Shown: one piece after another, positions 27,443 to 36,413 of the stretch
Layout of the letters: each line of letters opens with the position of its first letter
How positions within the stretch are numbered: position 1 is the first letter of the stretch
Assembly: GCA_051251855.1 (NCBI GenBank)
Contig: JBPOGI010000005.1
Location: 128,001 to 192,000 of the forward strand
Length of the DNA stretch: 64,000 bases
Direction: 5' to 3'
Origin: Roseibacillus sp.
GTDB lineage: Bacteria; Verrucomicrobiota; Verrucomicrobiia; Verrucomicrobiales; Akkermansiaceae
Program-made: the position numbers and the translations under genes
The notes under the pieces: model-generated
The model's database searches: none
Seen by the model: only the letters and a program-made list of their open reading frames with translations
What the model was told of the DNA's origin: nothing

Positions 27443-28332
27443 TTTTTTGGTAGGAAGAAGCCTTTCTGTTTGTCGGAGATGGTCAAGCCCAGCTTTTCCA
27501 TCACTACGAGCATGTCTTCCCAGATTTTACGTTTTTCTGAGAGGGCGTCCTTGTCTTCGAGGAGAAGAAAGGAGGGGTGATGGCTGATGCGGACGGGAAC
27601 ATTGGCAGCTTCTTGCCAGTTTGAACGTAGCTCATCGAAACTTTCTTCACTTTCGAGAAGTCCATGAGCGGCGGCAGCTCCGAGGGCGATGATGACTTTG
27701 GGTCGCACAATTTCGATTTCGGCGAGAACGAAGGGGCGGGAGAGTTTGATCTCCTCGGGGCGGGCTGGGCGGTTGTTTCGCGTTTGGCCGGGTAGCGCGG
27801 GGCGAAATTTACAGAGGTTGGTGAGGTAGACCTGCTCGCGGGAGAGGCCCATGGCCTTGAGGATGGCGTCGAGTTTTTCGCCTGCGGGACCGGCGAATGG
27901 TTCGCGCTTTTGTTCGTCTTGGAAGCCGGGGGCATCGCCGATGAGCATGAGGTCGGCAGTGGGTTTGCTTTGGGAAAAGACGAGGGTCTTGCGAAAAGAG
28001 CCGAGGTCGCGGAAGGAGGGCCAGTGCTCGGCGAGGTCGCGCAGGTTGGCGAGTTTTTCCTCGGGAGTGTCGCCTTGAGGAGTGGGTTTGGGGATGTTGA
28101 GAGGAGCCTTGCGTTCGTCGCCATAGGCGGGACGAGGAATCATGGTCGTGCGTTGCGGAGCGGCAGCACTTGCGCTAGCTGGGGCAGTTTGCAGGGCTGC
28201 TTTTGAGACGGCTTTGTCTCCGAAGGTGATTTCTCCTTTGTAGATTTTACGCAGCACTTCGCGGGCCTCGGGTGTGACCGCGAGGTGGGTCTCGCCTTTG
28301 GCGAGGAGTTGGCGCAGATAGGGGAGAAGCAT
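27439..28332 (-). CDS. Uracil-DNA glycosylase, family 4-like
   Basis: LIGDAPG...EPFAGPAG, YLTN, NRP, ALG, HPSFLL. Confidence 0.88.
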   Translation of the reverse strand: MLLPYLRQLLAKGETHLAVTPEAREVLRKIYKGEITFGDKAVSKAALQTAPASASAAAPQRTTMIPRPAYGDERKAPLNIPKPTPQGDTPEEKLANLRDLAEHWPSFRDLGSFRKTLVFSQSKPTADLMLIGDAPGFQDEQKREPFAGPAGEKLDAILKAMGLSREQVYLTNLCKFRPALPGQTRNNRPARPEEIKLSRPFVLAEIEIVRPKVIIALGAAAAHGLLESEESFDELRSNWQEAANVPVRISHHPSFLLLEDKDALSEKRKIWEDMLVVMEKLGLTISDKQKGFFLPKK

Positions 28333-28476
28333 CTGGAAGGAAGAGTCGAGGATTGCGAGACCTTCGTCAAGGATGGGGCCCCCACATGTGGGGAAGACTG
28401 TCTATTTAGGGCCTTGTTTCAAAATAAGATTATTGAGAAAATCAGGCTCGACTTACAATCGAGGAACAACAACAAA

Positions 28477-29211
28477 ATGAACAATCAAAATCAGGGGCTT
28501 TCCGTGCCTTTTTTCGGAGCTTTGGTGGGGGTAAGCCTTTCACTATCGGCATCAGTTTCGGCTCAACTTCAAGGCCTTGACGTGCTGAACACGACAAACG
28601 GATCCTTTTCGGTGAGTGAGATGCAGTTCGGGGACGATGTCCTCTATTTCATCGATATCTTAAATGGGGGTTCTCTCGGAGGAGTGATTTTTTCATTCGA
28701 TGGCGGCGAAGGAGAGACAGATCCTCGTGGTGGCCTTGGTGGATTGGATGAACGCGAACCGATTGAGGAAGGACCGTTCGATGAAGGTCCCGGGAGTGAA
28801 GGATTCGTTTCCTTTTCAGGTGAATCGGTGTTTGCTCCTTGGGGGGTATCGTTCATGAGTGAGGAGAGTTGGAACGAGGGGGTGAACATTCAAATGGGCG
28901 GAGGAGTTCACTCGACGCTGGACCTTGGTTCATTTGGTTCTTTGTTTGGCTTGGATGATAATTATGCGGTCCTCTATTCTGATGTGTTGGGAGGTAACGC
29001 GATGACTGAGTTGAACGATGTTGATGGCTTGAACGCCGGCAATTTTGAGGAATACGCTCCTCATTTTGTGAGATATACGGGTGAGATCGCGACCAACGGG
29101 CTCTTTTTTGACGGCAATGGGGTGGTGATTGGTTCGACTGTGCCTGAGCCGACTTCCGCTCTGTTGGTGGCGTTGGGTTCTTTGGTTTTGCTAGGTCGGC
29201 GACGGAGCTAG
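28477..29211 (+). CDS. PEP-CTERM sorting domain protein
   Basis: Signal peptide; C-terminal VPEPTSALLVALGSLVLLGRRRS. Confidence 0.9.
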   Translation: MNNQNQGLSVPFFGALVGVSLSLSASVSAQLQGLDVLNTTNGSFSVSEMQFGDDVLYFIDILNGGSLGGVIFSFDGGEGETDPRGGLGGLDEREPIEEGPFDEGPGSEGFVSFSGESVFAPWGVSFMSEESWNEGVNIQMGGGVHSTLDLGSFGSLFGLDDNYAVLYSDVLGGNAMTELNDVDGLNAGNFEEYAPHFVRYTGEIATNGLFFDGNGVVIGSTVPEPTSALLVALGSLVLLGRRRS

Positions 29212-30299
29212 GATTTTCGGATCGGCAATAGCAGGCGGGAGAACCCGTGTGCGAGCACGACTCCCAGAAAAAGAACATTGCGAAGTAGCAGGAGGGGATG
29301 GAAGGGAAGTCGAATGGAGCAGGGATGAAACTCTGCGGTCGCCTTCGCTAAGGTCTCGAATTGGTAAACTTTCACGGGGAATTCTAGGATGGGAGTCATC
29401 CATTTTTTAGGAAAGGAATCGGGGCCATGGAGAGTGCCGCAAAGGGCACCCAAAATGGCTCCGGTAGTGTCGGTGTCTCCGCCTGCCTCCCAGATGGCTG
29501 GGAGTGCTTGCTCGGGTTTCCAATGATTTTTCATGCCACAGTGGAGGATGGCTGCTAGAGTGTGGTAGCAGTAGCCGGAGACCCCTTTCTGCGGTATTCC
29601 TCCGATGGCTTTGAGGAGGTTGTCCAGGGTTCCTTCGTTTTCGAGGTTGGCGCGAACTTCTTCTAGCAATGTTCGGAAGGAGGAGTTGGAATCGGGAAAG
29701 ATGATGGTCGACCAAATTTCGTCGGGTGTTGGAGCTTCTCTTCTGTTAGAAAAGAGGGCGGCGAGTTCGACGACAGCTCGCGAGCAGGATTCCGCTTTGG
29801 GGTCGGTATGGGTAAGGCGGGTTTGGATGCGGTTGAATTCTTGGCGTTTGTCCGGTTCATCGTGAAAGACGACACCGAGTAAAGCAGCGCGCATGCAGGG
29901 GCCATTGCCTGCGGACAAGACACCTGACTTCTCAGGAGAGGCTCCAAACCAGAGTTTGATGATTGCGCGGGCGGTGGCTAATCCGACTCCTGCGGGTAGA
30001 AAGAGAAACCAGTGCTTGAGACCGCGAGCTAGGAGGCGTTGAAATTTGATAGGGTCGCCGCCGGAATGGTTGAGAGCTTGGGCGAGAATGAGGGTGTGTT
30101 CGGTATCGTCGCTCCACAATCCTTTGGCAAACAAGAGGTGGTGCTGCCAGTCGGGAGCCCAGCCTCGTTTAGCAATGGAGGCGGGTGAGAGCCCCTCTGC
30201 AGGAAGACCGACGGAGTCGCCAATGGCGGTGCCGATGAGGAGTCCGTGGATTCGGATTGCAGTCTCAAGTTGAGGGGAAGATCTGATGTCCTTGCTCAT
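29208..30299 (-). CDS. ADP-ribosylglycohydrolase (DraG/ARH family)
   Basis: GTAIGDSVG, WSDDTE, SAGNG...MR, TH, GGDTDTTGA; hydrophobic C-terminal extension. Confidence 0.93.
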   Translation of the reverse strand: MSKDIRSSPQLETAIRIHGLLIGTAIGDSVGLPAEGLSPASIAKRGWAPDWQHHLLFAKGLWSDDTEHTLILAQALNHSGGDPIKFQRLLARGLKHWFLFLPAGVGLATARAIIKLWFGASPEKSGVLSAGNGPCMRAALLGVVFHDEPDKRQEFNRIQTRLTHTDPKAESCSRAVVELAALFSNRREAPTPDEIWSTIIFPDSNSSFRTLLEEVRANLENEGTLDNLLKAIGGIPQKGVSGYCYHTLAAILHCGMKNHWKPEQALPAIWEAGGDTDTTGAILGALCGTLHGPDSFPKKWMTPILEFPVKVYQFETLAKATAEFHPCSIRLPFHPLLLLRNVLFLGVVLAHGFSRLLLPIRKS

Positions 30300-31498
30300 A
30301 CTGCTTCGTGAAGGTGGAGGGGGGCTTCGTTTGTGCCGTTTTCGAGGCGGATGAGTTTATCGGGGTTGCGCTCTTGGGCGACGAGGATGGCGGTGAGGTC
30401 GGCGTTGGCGGTTTGGAGGTAGGTCCACTCTTGGGCGCGGAGTTCTAGCAGTTGCTTGCGATGGGTCTCTTCGGTGGCTTGGCGTTGTTTGAGGAGTTGG
30501 AGTTCGAGTTCTTCTTCTGCTTGGCGGGTGGCGAGGGTGGCGTTACGGTTTTCCTCTTTTTGCTTCAATTCGTGTTCGAGGGTGCGCTCTTGTTCGGCGC
30601 GATTGAGGAGGGCGCGTTCGTGTTCGTGGGTTTGTTGGAAGTCGGCGATTTCCTGACGGCGTTCTTCGGTCTCGGCTTCGAGGACGAGGGCGGTGCGGGT
30701 TTCGATGGCGTGGTCGTGCATTTGCTGGAGTTTGTTGGGGGCGAGGTAGCCGCGGTAGACGACTTTGGTGACGTCGTAACCGATGCGTTCGGCACCGCGT
30801 TGGAGTTCGCGGTAGGTGGTCATTTCGTTGAGGATGGCGGCTTCGGTTTTGAAGTCTTCGAACTTGCGTTTGCCGGCGAAGCGGATGATGTCGGCGGTAA
30901 GTGCATTGATGAAGTCGGCGATGGGGTCGTGGGTTTGGGCGAGCATGCGCTCGATGTCTTGGAGCTCAAAGAAGAGCATCACGCGCACGGTGATGAGGGC
31001 TTCGTCTGCGGTGCGAACGCCTTCGACATCGAAATACATTTGGTCGGGGATAATGCGCAGTTTGGTGAAAGTGAGGGCGCGGGGAATTTTTTGGCCTTTG
31101 CCGTTGTCTCCGTGCCAGCGGAACTGGTGCAGCCATTCGTTGGGTTGGGGGACGTAGACGGCGGGGCCGGGTAGAATGCGGTGGGTGACTTCGCGCTCGA
31201 CCTCGCGGTAGATGACGACGGCTTGGTTGGCGTCAAGGTTGATGGCTCGCTTGACTTGGACGGTCTGGTGAAGGAGAGGATCCATCCAGAGGTCAATGGG
31301 GCCGGCAAGGTGTTCGGTGGTGCCGTCGTGGTTGGCGACGATGAGGTATTCGCCATCGCGAGCGATGAAGCGTTGTAGGTATTCTGCGCGTTCGTTGAGG
31401 GTGAAGAGGACTTTGGGTCCTACGACGATGCGGCGGGTTCCGTTGCGGTGCCAGAGGGCGGCGGCTTGACCGTCTTGGATGGTGGTAGGGAGGATCAT
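30296..31498 (-). CDS. Major-vault-protein-like SPFH (Band 7) protein
   Basis: Three short repeats each containing GP, an SPFH/shoulder-like core (VRTADEALI...DPIADFINAL...FEDFK) and a long E/Q/R-rich coiled coil. Stop overlaps the ARH start (ATGA). Confidence 0.75.
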   Translation of the reverse strand: MILPTTIQDGQAAALWHRNGTRRIVVGPKVLFTLNERAEYLQRFIARDGEYLIVANHDGTTEHLAGPIDLWMDPLLHQTVQVKRAINLDANQAVVIYREVEREVTHRILPGPAVYVPQPNEWLHQFRWHGDNGKGQKIPRALTFTKLRIIPDQMYFDVEGVRTADEALITVRVMLFFELQDIERMLAQTHDPIADFINALTADIIRFAGKRKFEDFKTEAAILNEMTTYRELQRGAERIGYDVTKVVYRGYLAPNKLQQMHDHAIETRTALVLEAETEERRQEIADFQQTHEHERALLNRAEQERTLEHELKQKEENRNATLATRQAEEELELQLLKQRQATEETHRKQLLELRAQEWTYLQTANADLTAILVAQERNPDKLIRLENGTNEAPLHLHEAV

Positions 31499-31529
31499 GG
31501 TTCTGGTCTTTCTGGTTTGAGGTTGGAGT

Positions 31530-31583
31530 TTTATAAGTGTAAAAAATACACAAGTCAAGGTGAAGGTGTCACTTTTACACTTT
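31530..31583 (-). promoter_or_regulatory. Sigma70 promoter with two NrtR-type operators
   Basis: Minus strand TTGACT-N17-TATAAA (31558-31530); palindromes GTGT-N7-ACAC at 31537-31551 and 31566-31580. Confidence 0.75.
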
Positions 31584-31737
31584 GGGTGGGTGTGGGGGTG
31601 GGCAGAGTCGCTGAGGTTGCAGAGTTGACGGACCGGTGGGGAAAGAGAGTTTTCTTGGGGGGAGGTCCCTTTTTGGGGGAGCGAGTGGCCGAGACCGATT
31701 GGAAAGGTGGGTGACCTTTCAATGGCGAATTTGGGCG

Positions 31738-31762
31738 CGGTAGGGCCGCCGACGCCCTACCG
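31738..31762. repeat. GTAG-type REP-like palindrome
   Basis: CGGTAGGGC-CGCCGAC-GCCCTACCG; a related arm (ACGTCCCTACC) lies at about 19924-19934. Confidence 0.5.
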
Positions 31763-31779
31763 GGAGGGGGAAGGGTTTG

Positions 31780-32712
31780 CTATGCGCTGAGCTTTTGAAG
31801 CTGTTGCTCGCGCCAGATTGAGGGGGAACAGCCGTTTATTTTGGCAAAGGAGCGGTTGAACTGGGAGAGGGATTGGAAGCCGACTTGGAAGGCGATCTCG
31901 GAGACGCGGGTGGAGGGCCGGAGGAGTTCTTTACGCGCCCAGGCGATGCGGGCGCGGGTGACGTAGTCGGTGAGGGTGAGGCCAGTGATTTCTTTGAAAA
32001 CCCGGCAGAAGTGGCTTTCGGACAGGCCTGCTTGGTGGGCGATGACACCGAGGGGTAGGGGTTCGTCGAGGTTGGCGTGGATGAAGGTGCGGGCTTTGAG
32101 GATGGCCGCGGGTTCCTTGCCTTCTTCCATCATGGCGAGTTCTTCGGCGTGTTGGGAAAGTTGATTGCCGAAGGATTCGAGGAGGGCGACCATGGATTCA
32201 TAGCGCTTGGGATCGACGGTTTGGGTTTGGAAGTAAGCTTCCTTGAGGGGAGAAAGGTTGGATTCGTCGATGCCATCGGCGACGAGGGTTTTGGCGACGG
32301 CGTCGAACTTGCCTTCGGTGGGGAGTTGCCGGAAGACTTGGCCGGTTTTGAGGAAGCCGATGGTGGTGGCACCGATGCGGATGGGAACGGCGGTGGCGCA
32401 AAGGCCCGCGAAGCAGCCGCAAGACGAGGGGCCGGCGACTTCTGCCTGCGCCATGAGCTTGTGGTTGACGGCTTTGCATTCGCTACAGGCGGTGCTGCAG
32501 CGGTGAAGCATTTCGCAGAAGGGGGATTGGTTTTCGCGATGCTCGTTGAGGCACCATTGCTCGTCGGAGCGCATGAAACGGAGGGGGAGGCCGGTGGCGA
32601 GGCGGAAGGCGTCGCAGTAGTTTTTGAAGAGTTCGGACTCTTGGAGACGCAGAAAGAGAGCTTGCTCGAAGCTGGGGAGCTTAGCTGTTTTCTTCTGTGC
32701 GTTTGTCTTCAT
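31780..32712 (-). CDS. AraC-family regulator with N-terminal PocR-type sensor domain
   Basis: FRLATGL...SPFC...CFAGL...AVPI...GQV sensor domain; AraC HTHs (SESHFCRVFK, IAFQVGFQSLSQFNRSF). Confidence 0.9.
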   Translation of the reverse strand: MKTNAQKKTAKLPSFEQALFLRLQESELFKNYCDAFRLATGLPLRFMRSDEQWCLNEHRENQSPFCEMLHRCSTACSECKAVNHKLMAQAEVAGPSSCGCFAGLCATAVPIRIGATTIGFLKTGQVFRQLPTEGKFDAVAKTLVADGIDESNLSPLKEAYFQTQTVDPKRYESMVALLESFGNQLSQHAEELAMMEEGKEPAAILKARTFIHANLDEPLPLGVIAHQAGLSESHFCRVFKEITGLTLTDYVTRARIAWARKELLRPSTRVSEIAFQVGFQSLSQFNRSFAKINGCSPSIWREQQLQKLSA

Positions 32713-32807
32713 GGCTTCTGGCGGGGATACTGGAGAAACGGGCCCTCTCTTGCAAGTCGAACTCGTTCGTTTTGGCGGGAGAGGTCTCTTTTGTGGAATT
32801 TTGTTGG

Positions 32808-33746
32808 TCAGCTCTTTTGTCGGGGAGATTCCATGGTGACGGTCTTGGAGAGGCGGGTGACAGCGGCGTTGAGGTCGCGGATTTGGTTGGAGAGGGTGGC
32901 GACTTGATGGGGGAGGTCGAGGGTGCTGCTAGTACCGTCGAGGGCGGCTTCGGCTCTTTTGATGGCTTCGATTTCGGCATCGACGCGGGCGTCGTCCATG
33001 CCGTTGACGATGACGCCAATGACGAGGTTGAGCATGACCATGGTGCCTAAGAGGACAAAGGAGACGAAGTAGGCGGTGGCGAGGATGGGCTGGGCTTTGG
33101 GCTCGAGAGGGGGATAGTGGGAGGCGAGGCTGGCGGCGCTGATGTTGTAGCCTTCGTAGACGTGGGAGCCGTAGATTTGGAGATACATGACGTCGGTCCA
33201 GTCCTCGAGGGTGACGATGCGGAAGAGGGAGAGGAGGGCGTCGAAGATGTTGCCGAAGTGGACGGGGTCGTTTTTGGCGAAGAACATCACTCCGGCGACG
33301 GCGTAGACGTAGAAGAGTAGGAGGAGAAGAACGGTGACGTAGAGCATGGAGGGGAGGCTCTTGAGGAGTGCGTTGACGAGCAGTTGGAGCTTGGGGACGG
33401 AGGAGAGGAGGCGAAGGACTCGTAGGAGGCGGAAAAGTCGGAGGACGGGGCCGAAGCTTCCGCTGGCAGGAATGAGGCAGACGGCGACGATGATAAAGTC
33501 GAAGACGTTCCAGCCGTCTTTGAAGAAGTCTTGGGGACGGGGGGCGAGGGCGACTATCTTGATGACGATCTCGGCGATGAAGATGAGAAGGACGAGCCAG
33601 TCGAGCGTTTTGAGAAGGGTGTGATATTTCTCGTAGGTGGGCTCGTGGGTTTCGACGCCGACAAGGATGCCGGCGAAGACGATGACCGCGATGATGAAGC
33701 GGTTAAAGAGAGGGGAGTTGACGAGAGCCTGGCAGCGTTCTTTCAC
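32808..33746 (-). CDS. Bacterial voltage-gated Na+ channel (6TM ion transporter)
   Basis: DGWNVFDF, S4 RLFRLLRVLRLL, filter TLEDWTD, S6 LNLVIGVIV, C-terminal coiled coil. Confidence 0.92.
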   Translation of the reverse strand: MKERCQALVNSPLFNRFIIAVIVFAGILVGVETHEPTYEKYHTLLKTLDWLVLLIFIAEIVIKIVALAPRPQDFFKDGWNVFDFIIVAVCLIPASGSFGPVLRLFRLLRVLRLLSSVPKLQLLVNALLKSLPSMLYVTVLLLLLFYVYAVAGVMFFAKNDPVHFGNIFDALLSLFRIVTLEDWTDVMYLQIYGSHVYEGYNISAASLASHYPPLEPKAQPILATAYFVSFVLLGTMVMLNLVIGVIVNGMDDARVDAEIEAIKRAEAALDGTSSTLDLPHQVATLSNQIRDLNAAVTRLSKTVTMESPRQKS

Positions 33747-33863
33747 AGCGGAAAGGAAAGGTGTTCGTCGCTGGGAGGCAAGTCGAAAGGGAGTCTGGGG
33801 AGGTGGGAGAAGGAATTCGTTTGGCGCAGAGTTGCGGAGGCCCGGTTCCTTTGAATCTGTTCG

Positions 33864-36224
33864 TCAGGGGTTTGTGGGGAGGACTCTTGAGAGTGGAAGG
33901 TCGGGGGCTGTGGGGGAGGTCTTGGCCTTGGGTTGGATTTGGGCGGAGGCGATGGCGAGGGAGGCGAGGCTGCTGAGGGGCATGAAGATGGCGGCGAGGA
34001 GGGGGTTCATGTGACCCATGAGGCAGAAGGTGATGGCGGTGGTGTTGTAGACGATGGTGAAGGCAAGTACTCGGCGAACAATGCGGTGACGCCAGCGAGC
34101 GGTTGCGAGGAGGTGGGGGAGGAAGCTGAGGCCGGGTTGGGTGAAGAGGAAGTCAGCTTTGGTGTCGAGGAGTGAGCGGTCGGCCACTGGGCTGCCGGTG
34201 GCGAGGGCGGTGTCGAAGGCAATGGAGTCGTTAGCCCCGTCGCCGAGGAAGAGGGCGGGGTTGAGCTTGGAAAGGTGGGCGGCTTTGTCGTCGGGGCTAA
34301 GGTCGCCGTGGGCGAGGTCGGGGTCGAGTTGGAGGGAGGTGGCGAGGGCTTTGACGCGTTGGGCTCCATCGCCGGAGAGGATGTGGACGGGGATGTGGGT
34401 GGCGGCGAGGGCGCGGGCGGCGTCGGGGCGTGCGGTTTCGAGGAAGTGGAAGGTGGCGATGGTTTGGTCGTCGCGGGTGAAGGTGGTGGTGGGGCCTTCG
34501 GGTTGTTCGGTGTCAGGAGAGGAAGGAGTGTTGGGCTTGCCGAGGTGGTATCTGGTGCCGTTGATGGTTGTTTCGATTCCTTGGCCTGGGCTTTCATTTA
34601 TTTGCTCCGGTGTGGCAATGCTTCCAAAGGAGTCTGTGGCGAGAGCGGCGTGGAGAGTTCGTGAAAGGGGGTGGAGGGAGGAGGCGGTGAGGTGAAGGAG
34701 AGCTTGGCGGTCGTTGGTAGAGAGGGTTTCTAACAGTTCGGGGTTTTGGAGGGTGGGATGTTCGAGGGTAAGGGTACCTGTCTTGTCAAGGACGAGGGCT
34801 TTGAGGTGCATGAGGCGTTGCCAGAGAAGGGTGTTTTGCACGAAGACACCAAAGGATTGCAGGTGGGTGGCGGCGCGGCGGTCGGCGAGGGGGATGGCAA
34901 CGCCGAGGGCGCAGGGGCAAGAGACGATGAAGATGGAGATGGCGACTTGGAGGGCGTCGACGGGGTTCTTGGCGACGATGAGCCAGGCAAGTCCACCGCC
35001 CACTCCGATGATGAGGACGATGAGGAGATAGATTTTGAGGAGTTTTTGCAGGAGGGGGGAAGATTGGGTGCGGTCGGACGACTGGGTGAGCTTAGCGACG
35101 AGGGAGTCGGGGAAGTCTTCGTCTGCTGTGAGGGTCAGGGATTGCGCGCTGAGGTTGACAGCACCCGAGGGAATGCGTTGTCCGGTCTGGAAGTGGCGGG
35201 GTTCGGGTTCGCCGTTGATCCACGCGAGGGAGAGGGAGGCGTCTTCGTCTTGGAGCATGGCGGTGACGGGGAGGGGTTGGCCGACGGGGAGGAGGAAGCA
35301 GTTGCCGTTGGTGAGGGCGCGGGTGGGGATTTCTTCTTTGCCGTCCTCGGTGATGAGTTCGATGCTTTCGGGGAGGGCGCTGGTGCGGGTGAGGTTGGAG
35401 CGCGCTTTTTCGGAGGCGGCGAGGTGCAGGTAGCGACCGCCGAGCATGAGGGTGGTGAAGATGGCGACGAAATCGAAGTAGAGGAGGCGTTCTTCGCCAA
35501 TGAAGTAGCCGATGAGGGAGCCGATGAAGGCGAGGATGAGTCCGAGGGAAATGGGGAGGTCGATGTGGAGGGTGCCACGGCGGAGGGCGGCGATGGCGCG
35601 GGTGAAGAAGTAGGTGCCACCGATGAGGAGGGCGAAGGTGGCGGAGAGGAGGGTGACGATTTCGAAGATTTGTGCGAAGGCGAAGTCGGGCTTCATCCCG
35701 AGGTAGCGCGGGAGGGTGAAGGCCATCGCGTTGAGGGCGAAGGCGGAGGTGATGCCGAGGCGGGCGAGGAGCTTGGAGGACTCCCTCACAGGTTGTTTGG
35801 TTGTGTCGAGGGCGCTGAGGGTGTAGCCGTAGCGGGGGAGTTCTTGCGCGAGGGTGAGGGTGGGGTTGTTACCTTCAGACCATGTGAAGTTTGCTTGTCC
35901 GGTGTCAGGGAAGATGGCGCAGGTTTGGGCGCCGGGGAGGCGGAGGAAGAGCTTTTCGATGAGCCAGACGCAGCCAATGCAAGTGACACCGTTGACGGCG
36001 ACGGTGAGGGTGGTTTGCTCGTTGGTGGCCTTCTCTAACCAAGCGAGGTCTTGCGGTTGGAAGGGGCGGTCTTTGACGGGGATGCCGGTGTTTTTCCCTT
36101 TGAGGTCGTAGAAACGGTCGAAGCCTTCGGAGGTGAGGGTTTGGTAAACGAAATCGCAGCCAGAGCAGCAGAACTGAGCTTCGGGGCTGGGATTGGGAGT
36201 TCCGCAATGGAGGCAATTGGACAC
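33864..36224 (-). CDS. ccoI: cbb3-associated P1B-type ATPase
   Basis: N-terminal CLHC...FCCSGC, CIGC, SCPCAL, DKTGTLT, HP, GDGAND. Confidence 0.9.
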   Translation of the reverse strand: MSNCLHCGTPNPSPEAQFCCSGCDFVYQTLTSEGFDRFYDLKGKNTGIPVKDRPFQPQDLAWLEKATNEQTTLTVAVNGVTCIGCVWLIEKLFLRLPGAQTCAIFPDTGQANFTWSEGNNPTLTLAQELPRYGYTLSALDTTKQPVRESSKLLARLGITSAFALNAMAFTLPRYLGMKPDFAFAQIFEIVTLLSATFALLIGGTYFFTRAIAALRRGTLHIDLPISLGLILAFIGSLIGYFIGEERLLYFDFVAIFTTLMLGGRYLHLAASEKARSNLTRTSALPESIELITEDGKEEIPTRALTNGNCFLLPVGQPLPVTAMLQDEDASLSLAWINGEPEPRHFQTGQRIPSGAVNLSAQSLTLTADEDFPDSLVAKLTQSSDRTQSSPLLQKLLKIYLLIVLIIGVGGGLAWLIVAKNPVDALQVAISIFIVSCPCALGVAIPLADRRAATHLQSFGVFVQNTLLWQRLMHLKALVLDKTGTLTLEHPTLQNPELLETLSTNDRQALLHLTASSLHPLSRTLHAALATDSFGSIATPEQINESPGQGIETTINGTRYHLGKPNTPSSPDTEQPEGPTTTFTRDDQTIATFHFLETARPDAARALAATHIPVHILSGDGAQRVKALATSLQLDPDLAHGDLSPDDKAAHLSKLNPALFLGDGANDSIAFDTALATGSPVADRSLLDTKADFLFTQPGLSFLPHLLATARWRHRIVRRVLAFTIVYNTTAITFCLMGHMNPLLAAIFMPLSSLASLAIASAQIQPKAKTSPTAPDLPLSRVLPTNP

Positions 36225-36280
36225 TTTTGGTTGTTTGGGGTCGGTGGATTGTTCGGGGTGGTTCTGCTTATAGAATAGTC

Positions 36281-36398
36281 GGTGAGGCCTTGAAAAACCG
36301 AATATTCAAAAACTCAAAAACCAAAGGATCGTGCTAAAGTGTCGTGGGGTAATCGAGGTCGGAGTTTTGGTTTTTAAGTTTTTGGGATTTCGGTTTTT
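36281..36398. repeat. Octamer-array inverted-repeat element
   Basis: About 33-bp imperfect IR: AAAAACCGAATATTCAAAAACTCAAAAACCAAA ... TTTGGTTTTTAAGTTTTTGGGATTTCGGTTTTT. Confidence 0.75.
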
Positions 36399-36413
36399 AC
36401 GAACGGAGTGGGT

